Assembly (NCBI RefSeq): GCF_000143415.4
Contig: NW_003314266.1
Coordinates: 3,009,964 to 3,073,963 of the forward strand
DNA: 64,000 nucleotides
Direction: 5' to 3'
DNA from: Selaginella moellendorffii
Lineage: Eukaryota > Plantae > Lycopodiophyta
This document shows positions 23,504 through 34,975 of this stretch, one piece after another. The notes beneath the pieces were generated by a model. It searched no databases and had not been told where the DNA came from. It worked only from the letters and a program-made list of their open reading frames with translations. The translations under genes and the position numbers were made by a program. The number at the start of each line of letters is the position of its first letter. Positions within the stretch are counted from its first letter, which is position 1.

Positions 23504-24183
23504 CGCCGAGACCCGCTGAGACCGCCTCACGCTCTGACCTAAAAATGAAAATCTCACGCGACATTTTGACCCTTTGGTGTCGGAGGAATCCACGTGGCTG
23601 CTTCGCAATGTTCCACGTCGGTCAAAATTCTATGATCCACTAGTTCGTTCGGTGACTAGTTGTTAACATATGTAAAAGGAATATTGGGTGAGGAATCAAC
23701 TCCATATACGAAAGTGTTAAGTGGATTAATTTGTAGATGGATTGCTAGAGCACAAATGAATTTATTCCATTTGATTCGTTCGTCCCTTGCTAGATTTTAT
23801 GTCAAGTTTTGAGTATACTTGTAAGCACCAAGAATCTCCAGTTAGCTTTCTCCAAGTTTTCAATGATACTCCCAGCATCCAGCACTATCACTAAGTTTAG
23901 AGCTGCCTAGTCCTAAGAAAGACTTCACATTAACATTGGTCAATCTTTTCGTAATTGGATTTTAGTTGTTGGCGCTAGAAAACTTCTAAACACTGCAAGA
24001 TTTTATAATGTTTATTTGTATTAAAATCTGTTGTTCTAAACCTACTGAGAACCATAGGAGAAAGATTTTTACACGTGTCTATATAATTCATATACACTGT
24101 TTTTCATAAATGGTATATATGCTTTTGTTATTAGTTTAATATTTTTATTATATACAAATACAACTTATTCATGCTTTCCGCCC

Positions 24184-24597
24184 ATGGCATTTCCAAAGTT
24201 TTATTTATTTAGTTTTATTTCACTTTTACTATATACAAGTTTTATAATTGTTACTCTTTCTCAAGGATTTAATCACTGTTGGAATACTGATTGGAAAAAA
24301 ATAATGACTTGTAAATTAGATTATTACAGATCTAAACATAAAGGAAATGCTAATATATTTATATATAACAAATCAAAGTCTTTCAAAGAAGCAATAACTC
24401 CAAATCCAATAGAAGAAACAGATGATTTTCAAATAGACAGTGATGATTTGCAAGCAATAGTTTTTATTGGTACAGCAAAATACACCACTACTGGTTGGGG
24501 TGGCTGGGATTGGTGGTCTTTTACGGGTTGTTACAAACATGTCGATCATACTGTTGAATTTTACGAATATGGACCAAATAAGAATTGTGCAATTTAA
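24184..24597 (+). CDS. Small secreted Trp/Cys-containing protein, copy B (137 aa, intronless)
   Basis: Open ORF with signal peptide; conserved blocks shared with 20828-21232. Confidence 0.85.
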   Translation: MAFPKFYLFSFISLLLYTSFIIVTLSQGFNHCWNTDWKKIMTCKLDYYRSKHKGNANIFIYNKSKSFKEAITPNPIEETDDFQIDSDDLQAIVFIGTAKYTTTGWGGWDWWSFTGCYKHVDHTVEFYEYGPNKNCAI

Positions 24598-24983
24598 TAT
24601 GAATTCCTCTTGTACTTTATATTTTATAAAATAATTTGCTATTGCATGCATCAAGGCTTGTTAATTATTATTTAATAATTTAATTAATGAAATATGGTAA
24701 AATAAATCAGAATATACTAGAAAGTGTTTAAGAAAGTTTATAAATTATAAATACAAAATTAATCTAAATGAATAACAACTGTTAAATGGTAGAATATTCT
24801 AGAATATTTAAATAAATTTCATTAAGTCTAAGAGTAGAAAGACCAATTGATTTTATAACATTCTACTTGGTTTTTACTGCAATTGCCAATAATAATAGTA
24901 ATACTGTTTATACACTTCTCCCACTTCCAAGGGATCTCGCTAAAAAGGAAAAAAGAAGAAAAAAGAAAAAAAAAGGGAGAGTT

Positions 24984-27900
24984 TTAAGCAACTCCAGCAG
25001 GAGCTTCAATGCTCGAGCTCGATGCGGTTCCAGCAGTTCCGTTCAGCACCGTCACGTTTCCTTCAGAGTCCACATCTATGATCGCCGAATCGCCCTCTTT
25101 CACCTCCCCGGACAGCATCCTCTCGGCCATGCTATCCTCGAGAAGCCTCATGATCGCCCTTCGCAGCGGCCGAGCTCCATAGCTCGGGCTATATCCCTCG
25201 TCCACCACCCGGTCTCTAAACCTCTCCGTCACCTGGAGATCGATCTCCTTCTTCTTGAGCCGCTCAAACACCTCCTTGAGCATGATATCCGCAATCTCCT
25301 TCACCTCCGTCTTGGTCAGCTGCCTAAACACGATGATCTCGTCCAGACGGTTCAAGAACTCGGGCCTGAAGTACTGCTTGAGCTCCTCGTTCACCAGCGT
25401 CTTGATCCGGTTGTAGCTGCTGTCCTTCTCGCCGTAGTCGAGCTGGAAGCCAATGCCGCCGCCACCCTTCTCAATCACGCTGCTTCCCACGTTGGAGGTC
25501 ATGATCAGCAGTGTGTTCTTGAAGTCCACCGTTCGTCCCTTGCTGTCCGTGAGCCTCCCGTCCTCCAGGATCTGGAGCATCATGTTGAACACGTCCGGGT
25601 GAGCTTTCTCGATCTCGTCGAACAGCACCACGGTGTAAGGACGCCTCCTCACGGCCTCTGTGAGCTGGCCTCCCTCTGTGTAGCCAACGTATCCCGGAGG
25701 CGAGCCGATGAGCTTTGACACCGTGTGTCTCTCCATGAACTCGCTCATGTCGAGCCTGACCATGGCCTCCTCGGAGCCGAAGTAGTACGCCGCCAGGGCC
25801 TTTGCGAGCTCCGACTTTCCAACACCGGTAGGACCGGAGAAAATGAAGCTTGCAATGGGACGGTTCGGGTTCTTGAGGCCGACGCGAGCGCGGCGGATGG
25901 CTCGGCTGATCGCCTTCACTGCCTCGTCCTGTCCAATGACGCGCTGGTGGAGCGTCTCCTCCATTTTCATCAGCCTGTCCGACTCGTCGGTTGAGACTTT
26001 CTCCACGGGAATGCCTGTCCATGCTGACACAATCTGCTGGATATCGGCCTCTGTGACCAAGGGACCTGTTTCGCCAGCTTCGGTTTCTGCCTTAGACTTC
26101 TCTTTTCCTTTCTCGGTGATGGCTGAGATCTGTGCCTTGAGCTCCATCTCGCGATCTCTCAGCTCGCCAGCCTGCCAGAATAAAAATCAGTCAACTACCA
26201 TGTAAAATAAAATGGTCTAAGTAAAGACGACGGACCTTCTCAAAGTCTTGTCCACGCACAGCTTCGTTTTTCTCTTTGGTGATTTGCCTGAGTTCCTTGT
26301 CAAGATCTCTGGCTTCTTCAGGCAGCTACAGAAAGAAAGAAACAGAAAACGTGTGAGTTGCGATATCCAAGACTAAAAACAGCGTCACCTGTGCGTGTCT
26401 CAGTCGGACGCGAGAACCAGCTTCGTCGATAAGATCAATGGCCTTGTCCGGAAGGAAACGGTCGCTGATATACTGGTAAGACAGCTGAGCAGCGGCGACA
26501 AGCGCCTCATCTGTGTACCGTAGCTTGTGATGGATTTCATACCGCTCTCGCAGTCCTTTGAGAATTTGAATGGTTTCGTCGACGGTGGGCTCCGGCACAT
26601 TAACTGGCTGGAATCGTCTTTCCAGGGCGGGATCCTTCTCTATATGTTTCCTGTACTCGTCAATGGTCGTAGCACCAATGCACTAGCAAAGACTGGAATT
26701 AGCACAAGTTTCACGATACAAATATTTACCTGAAGTTCGCCACGAGCAAGAGCAGGCTTCAAAATATTGGCCGCATCGATGGCTCCTTCAGCAGCGCCAG
26801 CTCCAATCAAAGTATGCACCTCATCGATAACAAGAATAATGTCATCGGATTGCTTAATTTCTTCCATGAGTTTCTTCAGACGCTCTTCAAATTCTCCACG
26901 GTACTTTGTCCCGGCAACAAGCAGTCCCATGTCTAATGTAACGACCTGAAATATTCAAAGTCAATATGCAAGGAAATTTTTCAAAGAAATTGCATAGAAC
27001 CTTTTTCCCTTCAATAGTTTCAGGAACGTCTCCTGTCGCAATTCGCTGCGCAAGACCTTCAGCAATTGCAGTCTTTCCAACGCCAGGTTCTCCAATCAAA
27101 CAAGGGTTGTTCTTCGTCCGACGACCAAGAATTTGTGTAACACGCTCAATTTGTTGCTGCCTTCCCACCACGGGATCTAGTTTACCCTGTGCAAAAAATA
27201 AAAACTTGAGCTACTTGACAACTTTTCCAGACACGGCCACTTACTTCTTCTGCTAGTTTCGTCAAGTTCGTGCCATACTCCTCCAACGTTGGCATCTTGT
27301 TGCTACTGCTACCTCCGCCGACACTCGCACCAACAGCCTCTGTGCTCTCTCCGACCATTCGAATAACCTGAAAAACAACACGAATGTTTTTTCTTGTTAC
27401 TTCAATTAGCTAGGTTTACCTGCGTCCGAATGTTTCCAGGATCAGCTCCCAGGTTTTCAAGCACACGAGCTGCCACACCTTCTCCTTCTCGCAGAAGTCC
27501 AAGAAGCAAATGCTCCGACCCGATGTAATTGTGTCCTGTGAGACAAAAGACAAAAGAATAACACGTTGTGAGCTGCAAAAGCTTTCAAGCAAGACGACCA
27601 CTCACCCAGCTGGCGTGCTTCTTCGAGAGAAAGCTCCAATACACGCTTTGCGCGAGGAGTGAAAGGAATCTCCACGGCAACAAAACCACTTCCCCTTCCA
27701 ATAATCTTCTCAACCTCCACCCGAGCTTCCTTGAGATTAACTCCCATGGACTTCAAAACCTTGGCAGCGATACCGGTCCCTTCTCCGATAAGACCCAGAA
27801 GAATCTGTTCAGTGCCTACAAAATTGTGTCCCAGCCTGCGAGCCTCCTCCTGTGCCAACATGATAACTTTGATGGCTTTCTCGGTGAAGCGCTCGAACAT

Positions 27901-28206
27901 AGCGACAACCACACCACGAGAAGCACCTCTTCCCCCGCTGGTGGAAACACTTGAAACCACTGAGTTCCAATCCTTGCAAGTGCTCGTTGCTAGAGAATCC
28001 AAGGGACTTGGCTTTCGCATGCCGACATACGTTTGTAGCGTCCTCGTTCTCGTGATAAAGGCCGCTCGGACTTGGCCATGATTCGAGCCTCTTATCATAC
28101 TCACAGTACCTCTTCTTGTTCTACTGGATTTTTGTTGCCGGCTTGCGGGAACGCTGCGAATCCCAGCCGACAGGGCTGGAGACTGAGAAAGTGCTCCGGC
28201 TGCCAT
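24984..28206 (-). CDS. clpC: Chloroplast Hsp100 chaperone ClpC (multi-exon)
   Basis: Transit peptide then [36 protein letters not shown]; Walker A GEPGVGKT and GPTGVGKS; [26 protein letters not shown]; [10 protein letters not shown]. Confidence 0.97.
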
Positions 28207-28682
28207 GTTTCTCGACTTATTGGAAGATCTTGGTTTCTGCAAAACAAAAAATCTTGAGTTCGAGAAAAAAAATCGCAAAAGGAATCAAACCAGCAACCAA
28301 AAGCAGAGAAGAAATTTAGACTTTCAGCGAAGAAAGCAAACCAGAGAAAAAATATTAAGTCCAGCAAAGAAAAAAACACGAAAAAATCAATGCTCTGTGC
28401 AGGAAACCGTGCCACCACACAAATGCCTCGAGCAGGAAACGCCGCAATCCAAGCAGCGCACAGCAGCTGGAATTCACCGATTACTCACGCGCACAGCAAG
28501 CGGCCGCGAGAATCCAAAAACCCTAGAATCCGAAACGCACGAAATCTAACCAAAACCTCGTCGCCAATCCGCGAGAGCGCGGCCAGCGCAAGAGCTTTGG
28601 ATTGGCAGGCGAGCGCTTACCGGAGCCCTGGAGCCGCCTTCACCTCCTCCACACAAACACGCAAATTTTGGAGATATCCTGC

Positions 28683-30314
28683 TCAAAGCTTACGGCATTT
28701 AACGGTATATGCCGAGACGGTGGCGGAATAATCACCCGCGCTAGCGGAATATCCTTGGATGTTTCCAAACAGCACGCATCGCCACTCTACCGCCTCTGGG
28801 ACGTAGGGCATCGTCCGCGCGAGCTCTTGTGCGCCCTCCACGTGGCCGGCCCTAGACAGGAGATCTATCATAGCGCTATAATGTTGCTTAGATGGAGAGA
28901 TGCCAAAGTCTAAAACCATGGAAAGAAAGAAACTCCTTGCTATGGAGAGCTGTCCAATGTAGCTAGTGGAAATTAGCAGCAAAACAAAGCAAATAGAGTC
29001 CGGTGACACGTCGAAATTCATTAGAGTAAAAAGATAGCGTGCGTGGTAAAAATGCCCATTTTGGGCATATGCCGCCAGCAAGGCAGTCCACGTCACAAGG
29101 TCCCTTTGGGGCATTGCACGGAAGAGCATCTCGGCGTGGAAAACATGTCTGTTGTAGGTATATCCTAGTAGTACGGAGTTCCACGTCGGCATTGTCTTCT
29201 CTGGAGCTTCGTACAGTGTACGTTTTGCTAGATCCATTTGCCCATTGTGGGCATATGTCCAAGTTATTAAGTCGTACAATCTCGAGTCCCGGTAGGGCAT
29301 TCTTTCGTACAGGTCCACTGCGTAGTCGAGATTCCCATGTTGCGAATATGCTCCCATCATGCACGTGTACGACACAACGTCGTGGACTGGCATCTGGTCA
29401 AACGTACACTTGACGAGTTCTAGATTCCCTGTTTGGGAATATGCCGCGAGCATTGCGTTCCAGGCAATGGAATCCCTCTCTGGCATAGAGTTAAAAAGAT
29501 TCTCTGCCTCTTGAACTAAACCATCATTGGAATATAGCCCCAGTAGCGAAGTGAACGAAGACAAGCTTCTCTCTGGCATGGAATTAAAGATTCTTTCAGA
29601 TTCGAAAAGTTGCCCATTTGTGGCATTTGCAAGAAGAAGAACGTTCCATGCGATGATATCCCGCTCTTGCATTGCATTAAAAACAACCGCGATTTCATCA
29701 AAGCAGCCATGGTTAGCATAAACTCCCATGATAGCCGTACAAGAGACAATATCCACCTCCGGCATGGAGTCGTACACCAGCTTTGTGTGTAAGAGTTCGC
29801 CACCTTCGGCATTTGCCGAAAGCAAACACGTCCACGAGACTAAACTCCACTGCGGCATTCGATCGAACAAAACCTTCGCAGCGTCAGTATCGCCAAGTTT
29901 TGAGCGGATCGAGAGCATCGAATTCCATGACACTAAGTTCTTCTCGGGCATGGCGGAGAAGAACCTCGCCGCAAGCTCGAATTCCCCGTTAATAGCGTAC
30001 GCTGCGAGCATGGACGTCCACGAGACGATGTTTCGTCCGGGCATTTCCTCAAACAGTCGCTCAGCCTCGGGCAGCTCACCATTACGAGCGTTTGCAGTGA
30101 GCATCATGTTCCAGGCGACGAGAGTTTTGACGGGCATTTGCTCGAAGGTCTGCCTGGACTCTTTCAAGTTTTTGTTGCGGCAGTAGGCGTAGAGGAGAGT
30201 CTCCCACGAGAAAGAGTCTCTGGCATTGTCTTTGATGGAATCAAAGACTTCTCTGGCTCGCTTCAAGTCGCCGGTCCTGCCATACATTTCAACAAGTTTT
30301 ATCTGACAATTCAT
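28683..30314 (-). CDS. PLS-class pentatricopeptide repeat protein with E1 and a truncated C-terminus, no DYW
   Basis: Long run of about 31-aa repeats (MPERDSIAWNAMLAAYSQTG...) and QHYSAMIDLLSRAGHVEGA...MPYVP. Start uncertain; first in-frame ATG is at 30314. Confidence 0.85.
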   Translation of the reverse strand: MNCQIKLVEMYGRTGDLKRAREVFDSIKDNARDSFSWETLLYAYCRNKNLKESRQTFEQMPVKTLVAWNMMLTANARNGELPEAERLFEEMPGRNIVSWTSMLAAYAINGEFELAARFFSAMPEKNLVSWNSMLSIRSKLGDTDAAKVLFDRMPQWSLVSWTCLLSANAEGGELLHTKLVYDSMPEVDIVSCTAIMGVYANHGCFDEIAVVFNAMQERDIIAWNVLLLANATNGQLFESERIFNSMPERSLSSFTSLLGLYSNDGLVQEAENLFNSMPERDSIAWNAMLAAYSQTGNLELVKCTFDQMPVHDVVSYTCMMGAYSQHGNLDYAVDLYERMPYRDSRLYDLITWTYAHNGQMDLAKRTLYEAPEKTMPTWNSVLLGYTYNRHVFHAEMLFRAMPQRDLVTWTALLAAYAQNGHFYHARYLFTLMNFDVSPDSICFVLLLISTSYIGQLSIARSFFLSMVLDFGISPSKQHYSAMIDLLSRAGHVEGAQELARTMPYVPEAVEWRCVLFGNIQGYSASAGDYSATVSAYTVKCRKL

Positions 30315-30346
30315 AACAACGAAAAAGGTCACCTCTGGAAGATTTT

Positions 30347-32505
30347 TCAAAGGTTCCTCTCGTTGGGCTCCAACCAAGGATGACCTACGAACTCAAAGAC
30401 TTCTTTCTCGTTCTTGCAGATGACTCGAGCACCTTTGCTATCAACCTGAAGATAGGAGAAGCTTGTTTCCATAGAGAAGCATGTAAACAGTTTACTAACC
30501 TTGTGACGCTTGTGCTTCTCATACAAAATTGTTCTATACAAGCCAGTATCATCTAGTTTGTATCCTTTTTCATTTGCTAGAATTCGCAGCCTGTGAAACA
30601 ACAAAAGTCGCAATGCTATTTCTCATCGTTAACGCTACGTATGTACCTTCTGTTTAGAACATCGTTGCCAGTCCAAGCAATGAGACCAAATGGATATTGC
30701 TCCCAAGAGTACACCTGAGTAGAATCTGTGATAATCAAAAGATCGTTTGAAACACAAACCTTAAAATCAATACGATGCCGCTGCTCTCTTCCCGGATACT
30801 TGCATAACCCAAAGTAAGTATCCACAGCGTCATCGTTCAGTTCCTGCAATGTTGTTCATCTCATTAGCACAGGGAAGTGTTATTTCTACCTCGTGGTAAC
30901 CAATCAGCAAGTCTTCGGTGAGAAAATCAATGTCTTTCAGTCGTTGGACTAAGCGCCTCAGAAATCCCTTGTGACTGCAGAAAACTTTCAGTCAAAACTC
31001 ATAACAACGTAAGCAGACCTTGTGCCATCCGAGTGAGTGACAATCATGTCCATATCCCCTACCAGCGACTTCCCACGTCTATAAGAACCTCCACAAACAA
31101 CGGATATCTACAACGCAAGGATAAGCCGAGTGAAAAAACATATACCCCGGGTTGAATAGCACTAGCAATTTCTTGCACCAGATTTTCCACGTAGTTCGCC
31201 TAGAACGAAATGTCACTCGGGAGAACAAATCTCTAAATTGGATACCTCGCTGCGTGGAATTTTTGCGTTGATATCCTCGAAATATTGCAGCCCAAGCCGT
31301 TGGGTACGTGTAAGTGACTCGTCATGCCTTAAGTCCTCCAGGGAACGATGACCTTTCTCGTAATATTTCAAAGCGTTCGATGGCCCAATCCCCCACACTG
31401 AACCGAAAAGAGAAACAGTTTTCACCTGTAAATCTCAGGATGTCAAGTCTTCAGAATTACAGCTTTTACAAACGCACCTTTTCATCGTCTCTAAAATGCT
31501 CCAGTTTTGAAAGTTTCCCAGTGGATAGAATTTCCTGGATCTGTGAACCGACAACATGAAACACGAAAAAGAAGTAAATACGTACGTGATTCTGTAGCGA
31601 CTTTCCGATTGATGGAGCATTCTTCACTTGATCTACACTCGTAACTTGATATGGTAGCTTTTCCAGATAGGATATCGCCTTGTGATAGCTATAAGATCTT
31701 CTGTTGTCTCCAAGACCTGAAAAAAGTTCATGAACGTTTTGATGTACTCTTGCCAACAGAAATGCTCACCGTTTTTGTATATGTCCCGGAGTTCTCCAAA
31801 AGGGCCTGTAATATTTTGGTTGAGGTTTGGAGGAGCATAAATCTGTTACACAATCTAGATATCAAACACGAGACCAATAAAAAGAGCCGCTTACCTCATT
31901 TTGCCCCGTGGAATCATCAGGTTCCTTTGGGAATACGAGTGCAGACCTCCATTCTTCACGTTTAGTATCACTGATGGCAGCATCAGTGTCTGAGTTTAAG
32001 GATTCAGTAGCACTCTCGTCAGTCGCGGTGCAATCAGTTCCAGTGCCAGCGGATTCTTCAGCTGAGGCACCATGATAATCCTGAAACAAATTGTAAGACT
32101 CTGCAGGTAACCTTTGCCCTGCCTTGAGACAGTCTTCCAGCCAGTCGTATTTCAAAAATGACTGAAAAAGAGAATGTAAGAAACATATCCAGCAAGAAAT
32201 AAGGAACTCACCACTTTAAGCCGTTTCAGCCGTTTCAATCTCTTCCAATCTTTGCTCTGGTCCAAGTGCTGCGAAGAAACAGCAAAGACATGAGTCAGCT
32301 GTTTTGTTACGTGATCTTCTATCTTTCCTCCCAATGCAGCGAGCTTTGTCTTCCACACCTAGCAACGCAGCACACAATTCATATCGTAGAAAAAAATACC
32401 AAAACTCCCGGCTACCTGAAGACGAAGCTGGACCACACCAGCCTCCACAAAAAACCCAACAATCCCATCGAAAGAAAGCTTATCACTGGCGGTGGAAGTC
32501 GTCAT
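30347..32505 (-). CDS. POLL: DNA polymerase lambda (family X, BRCT domain), multi-exon
   Basis: BRCT (LRLQ|VWKTKLAALGG...THVFA...WLEDCL), lyase domain (RSYSYHKAI), HhH VWGIGP, GSYRRGK..GDMDMIVTH, RHRIDFK, AWTGND and C-terminal WLEPNERNL. Start approximate. Confidence 0.92.
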
Positions 32506-32890
32506 GCGAAGCGCTAAGCATCACCAAGAACAAAATGTGAGAGAAAGGGGCTAAGTATTAAGTATTACTAGCACGCTACGTGTCGACTCAACTAAAAACA
32601 AGTTTGAAAAAGTCCATTCTAAAATTCTCTCGACGATCATCCAAGGAAACAACTTACTGTGTATGATCTTTCCAGTAGCCGAAGGACAAATCCCTCCAAC
32701 CAAGCCGCATCCTTGATACCAAATCCTCGCCGCCGAGCCTGAGAAACGAAATTTGGTCAATCGAAGCAAAGATTTCGCGAAATTTCTCACCGGAGATTCC
32801 GACATTGATCGAAATCCACGGCAAAATCCGCCAAGAACTGCATCGCCGTGGAATCAAGCGCCTCGAGGGAGAAGAAATCCCGCCTCGCTT

Positions 32891-32920
32891 AAACCCTAAA
32901 ACTCTACAACGCCACGTGTC
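32891..32920. promoter_or_regulatory. Telo-box AAACCCTAA plus G-box GCCACGTGTC upstream of Pol lambda
   Basis: Exact motifs at 32891 and 32911, between the LOG2-like stop codon and the Pol lambda leader. Confidence 0.45.
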
Positions 32921-32981
32921 GAAAACCAATTGTCAAGCTCTTTATTTACATTACATACACGAAAGACAAAACCTCTCTTTC

Positions 32982-34388
32982 TCAAACTTTGATGTGTAGA
33001 AGTTCTTCAACCGGGCATCTGCAAATCGGGCATAAATTTGTTTGGTGTCTCAACACATTGGCACAATCGCTACACATACACTGAGAAAAAAAAAAAAAAA
33101 AACGAATCAAAGTTAGAACCAAAGTAGAACAAACCAATCGAAGAACTTACCATATGCCTGCACGGCAAGACAGTCGTGTCCTTGGGCTCGGACAAGCAAA
33201 TCACGCATTCTTTCCCAGAAGAATCGCTGCTGTTGTTGCTCGCTTCACTGCCACCAATCCCGAAAATCTCCTGGAGCTCGTAGCGAACGCCATCCACCCA
33301 GATGATCTGCTTAACAACTCGAACTTGGAGCTCACCCTCGTCCCCGTCTCTTTCAATCTTTCGTATCACGGCATACGTCTGTTGACAGTGGATCCACTTC
33401 TTGAGTGCTCCACCCACGGGCTCGGGGGATTCGGCAGCGTCGGGTGGTGGATTCTTTGGAGTCGTCTCGATCCGGATGATGAGAGGGTAGACGTTGTCCG
33501 TGCCGAGCTGCGAGAGATCTTGCTCGTCGATGAGAGAAAAGTCGAGGCCAGATTCCTGCTTAAACTTCTGGCCCAGTCCACTCTTGAAGTGGTGCCTGGT
33601 AGGCGCTGGAAACATCTTACTGAGAGATACCACGCTACCATTGGAAGTTTCCTTTGACAGGAAGAACACAGTGATACTGTAACAAAAAAAAAAAAACGTT
33701 AGAAAAACGGAGGAGTTGTCTTGCGAAACTCTAGAAAACGAATACAGGCCACCGACCAAGAAATCTAATCTAATCAGTAGAGCCAAGATAAGAACTCGCA
33801 TGAATCCATGAGCCCAGGCAACCAAACCATGAATCCAGGCAAGATAAGAACTCCCAGGCAAGTTCTAGCTATGCAAGAAGGGAAAAAATTGATGTTTGCA
33901 TACCTTCCAGAAGTGGTGGCATCGAACGAGAATGCTACGACATGATTGCCAGGCATGGCCTCGTCTCTCTCGAGCCGCAGCGTTCCTTTGTTGAGATTTA
34001 CCTCGTTCCTGACCGTGTTGGCGGTCTGGTACTCTGGAACGGGCACTGGAGCTGGAGCTGGAGCTGACGAGCTTGGAACAATGGCAGTAGATCCATTCCA
34101 AGGCAGGGGAGTCCGCGGCGCTGGCAGGAAGAGCTGGGGAGGAGGAGCGGGAAGCCTTGGCGGAGGAGGCGGTGGCGCTGGAGGCCCGTAATATCCTTGC
34201 TGCTGCTGGAAGAAATAGCTCCCGGGGCGAGGAGGACGATAGTAGTATGGTGAGACCATATGGGGGCAAGGAGCGACCTCGGTGTGATAGCCGGGCGGAG
34301 GAGGAGGGAGCGGGGGATAGATCGGACCTGGCGGATGCTGCTGGTGGTGGTGGTGGCGTCGTCTTCTTCTGCTGCTACTGTTGCCCAT
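32982..34388 (-). CDS. LOG2/LUL (Mahogunin-like) RING E3 ubiquitin ligase
   Basis: MGNSSS myristoylation start, Pro-rich region, [50 protein letters not shown], and [23 protein letters not shown]|CMCSDCA...CPICR. Confidence 0.92.
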
Positions 34389-34975
34389 GAATTTGGATCC
34401 CTGGCTCCGGATTGAAAGCGCGTTCTTCCTAAGAACCCTAGCCAATAAGAAATCAAAACTGAGCATATGCAAAACGAATATACTTAAGCATACTCACCAG
34501 AATATGCTTTAGAAGGGCCTCGTGTTGAGTAGTTCACCAGGTTGTGCTAGAAGATGGGCTCTTCCATTGCTTCATACATGGCATTCAAAACTAGTGTGCC
34601 TCTGTCTAGAAGTAAACTTAGTAGCATCACTAACTACACAGTTGACCAAAGTATAACATAAATATTTTTGTATGGGGTTTCCAATTCTTGTCCATTTGAG
34701 GGTGTTATTTCTTTTTCTCCAGTGTGTCCAGCCACAACATCAAGCATGACACCATCTTCTAGGATTTAGTATGGTTTGAGTTTTCATTTTCTAAAGTCTA
34801 AAGAAAATATTCCAAGAATTGTTTTTGCATATAAAGCCATGCAAAATATTCTTTCATTTATATATTAGATACATGGTCACACAGTGCCCACTATGAACGT
34901 GAGATCAAGAGATTTAAAAGTGTCATTTTGAAGAAGATTATAATTATAATACTTCCTACTCTTGATCAATGCCCC

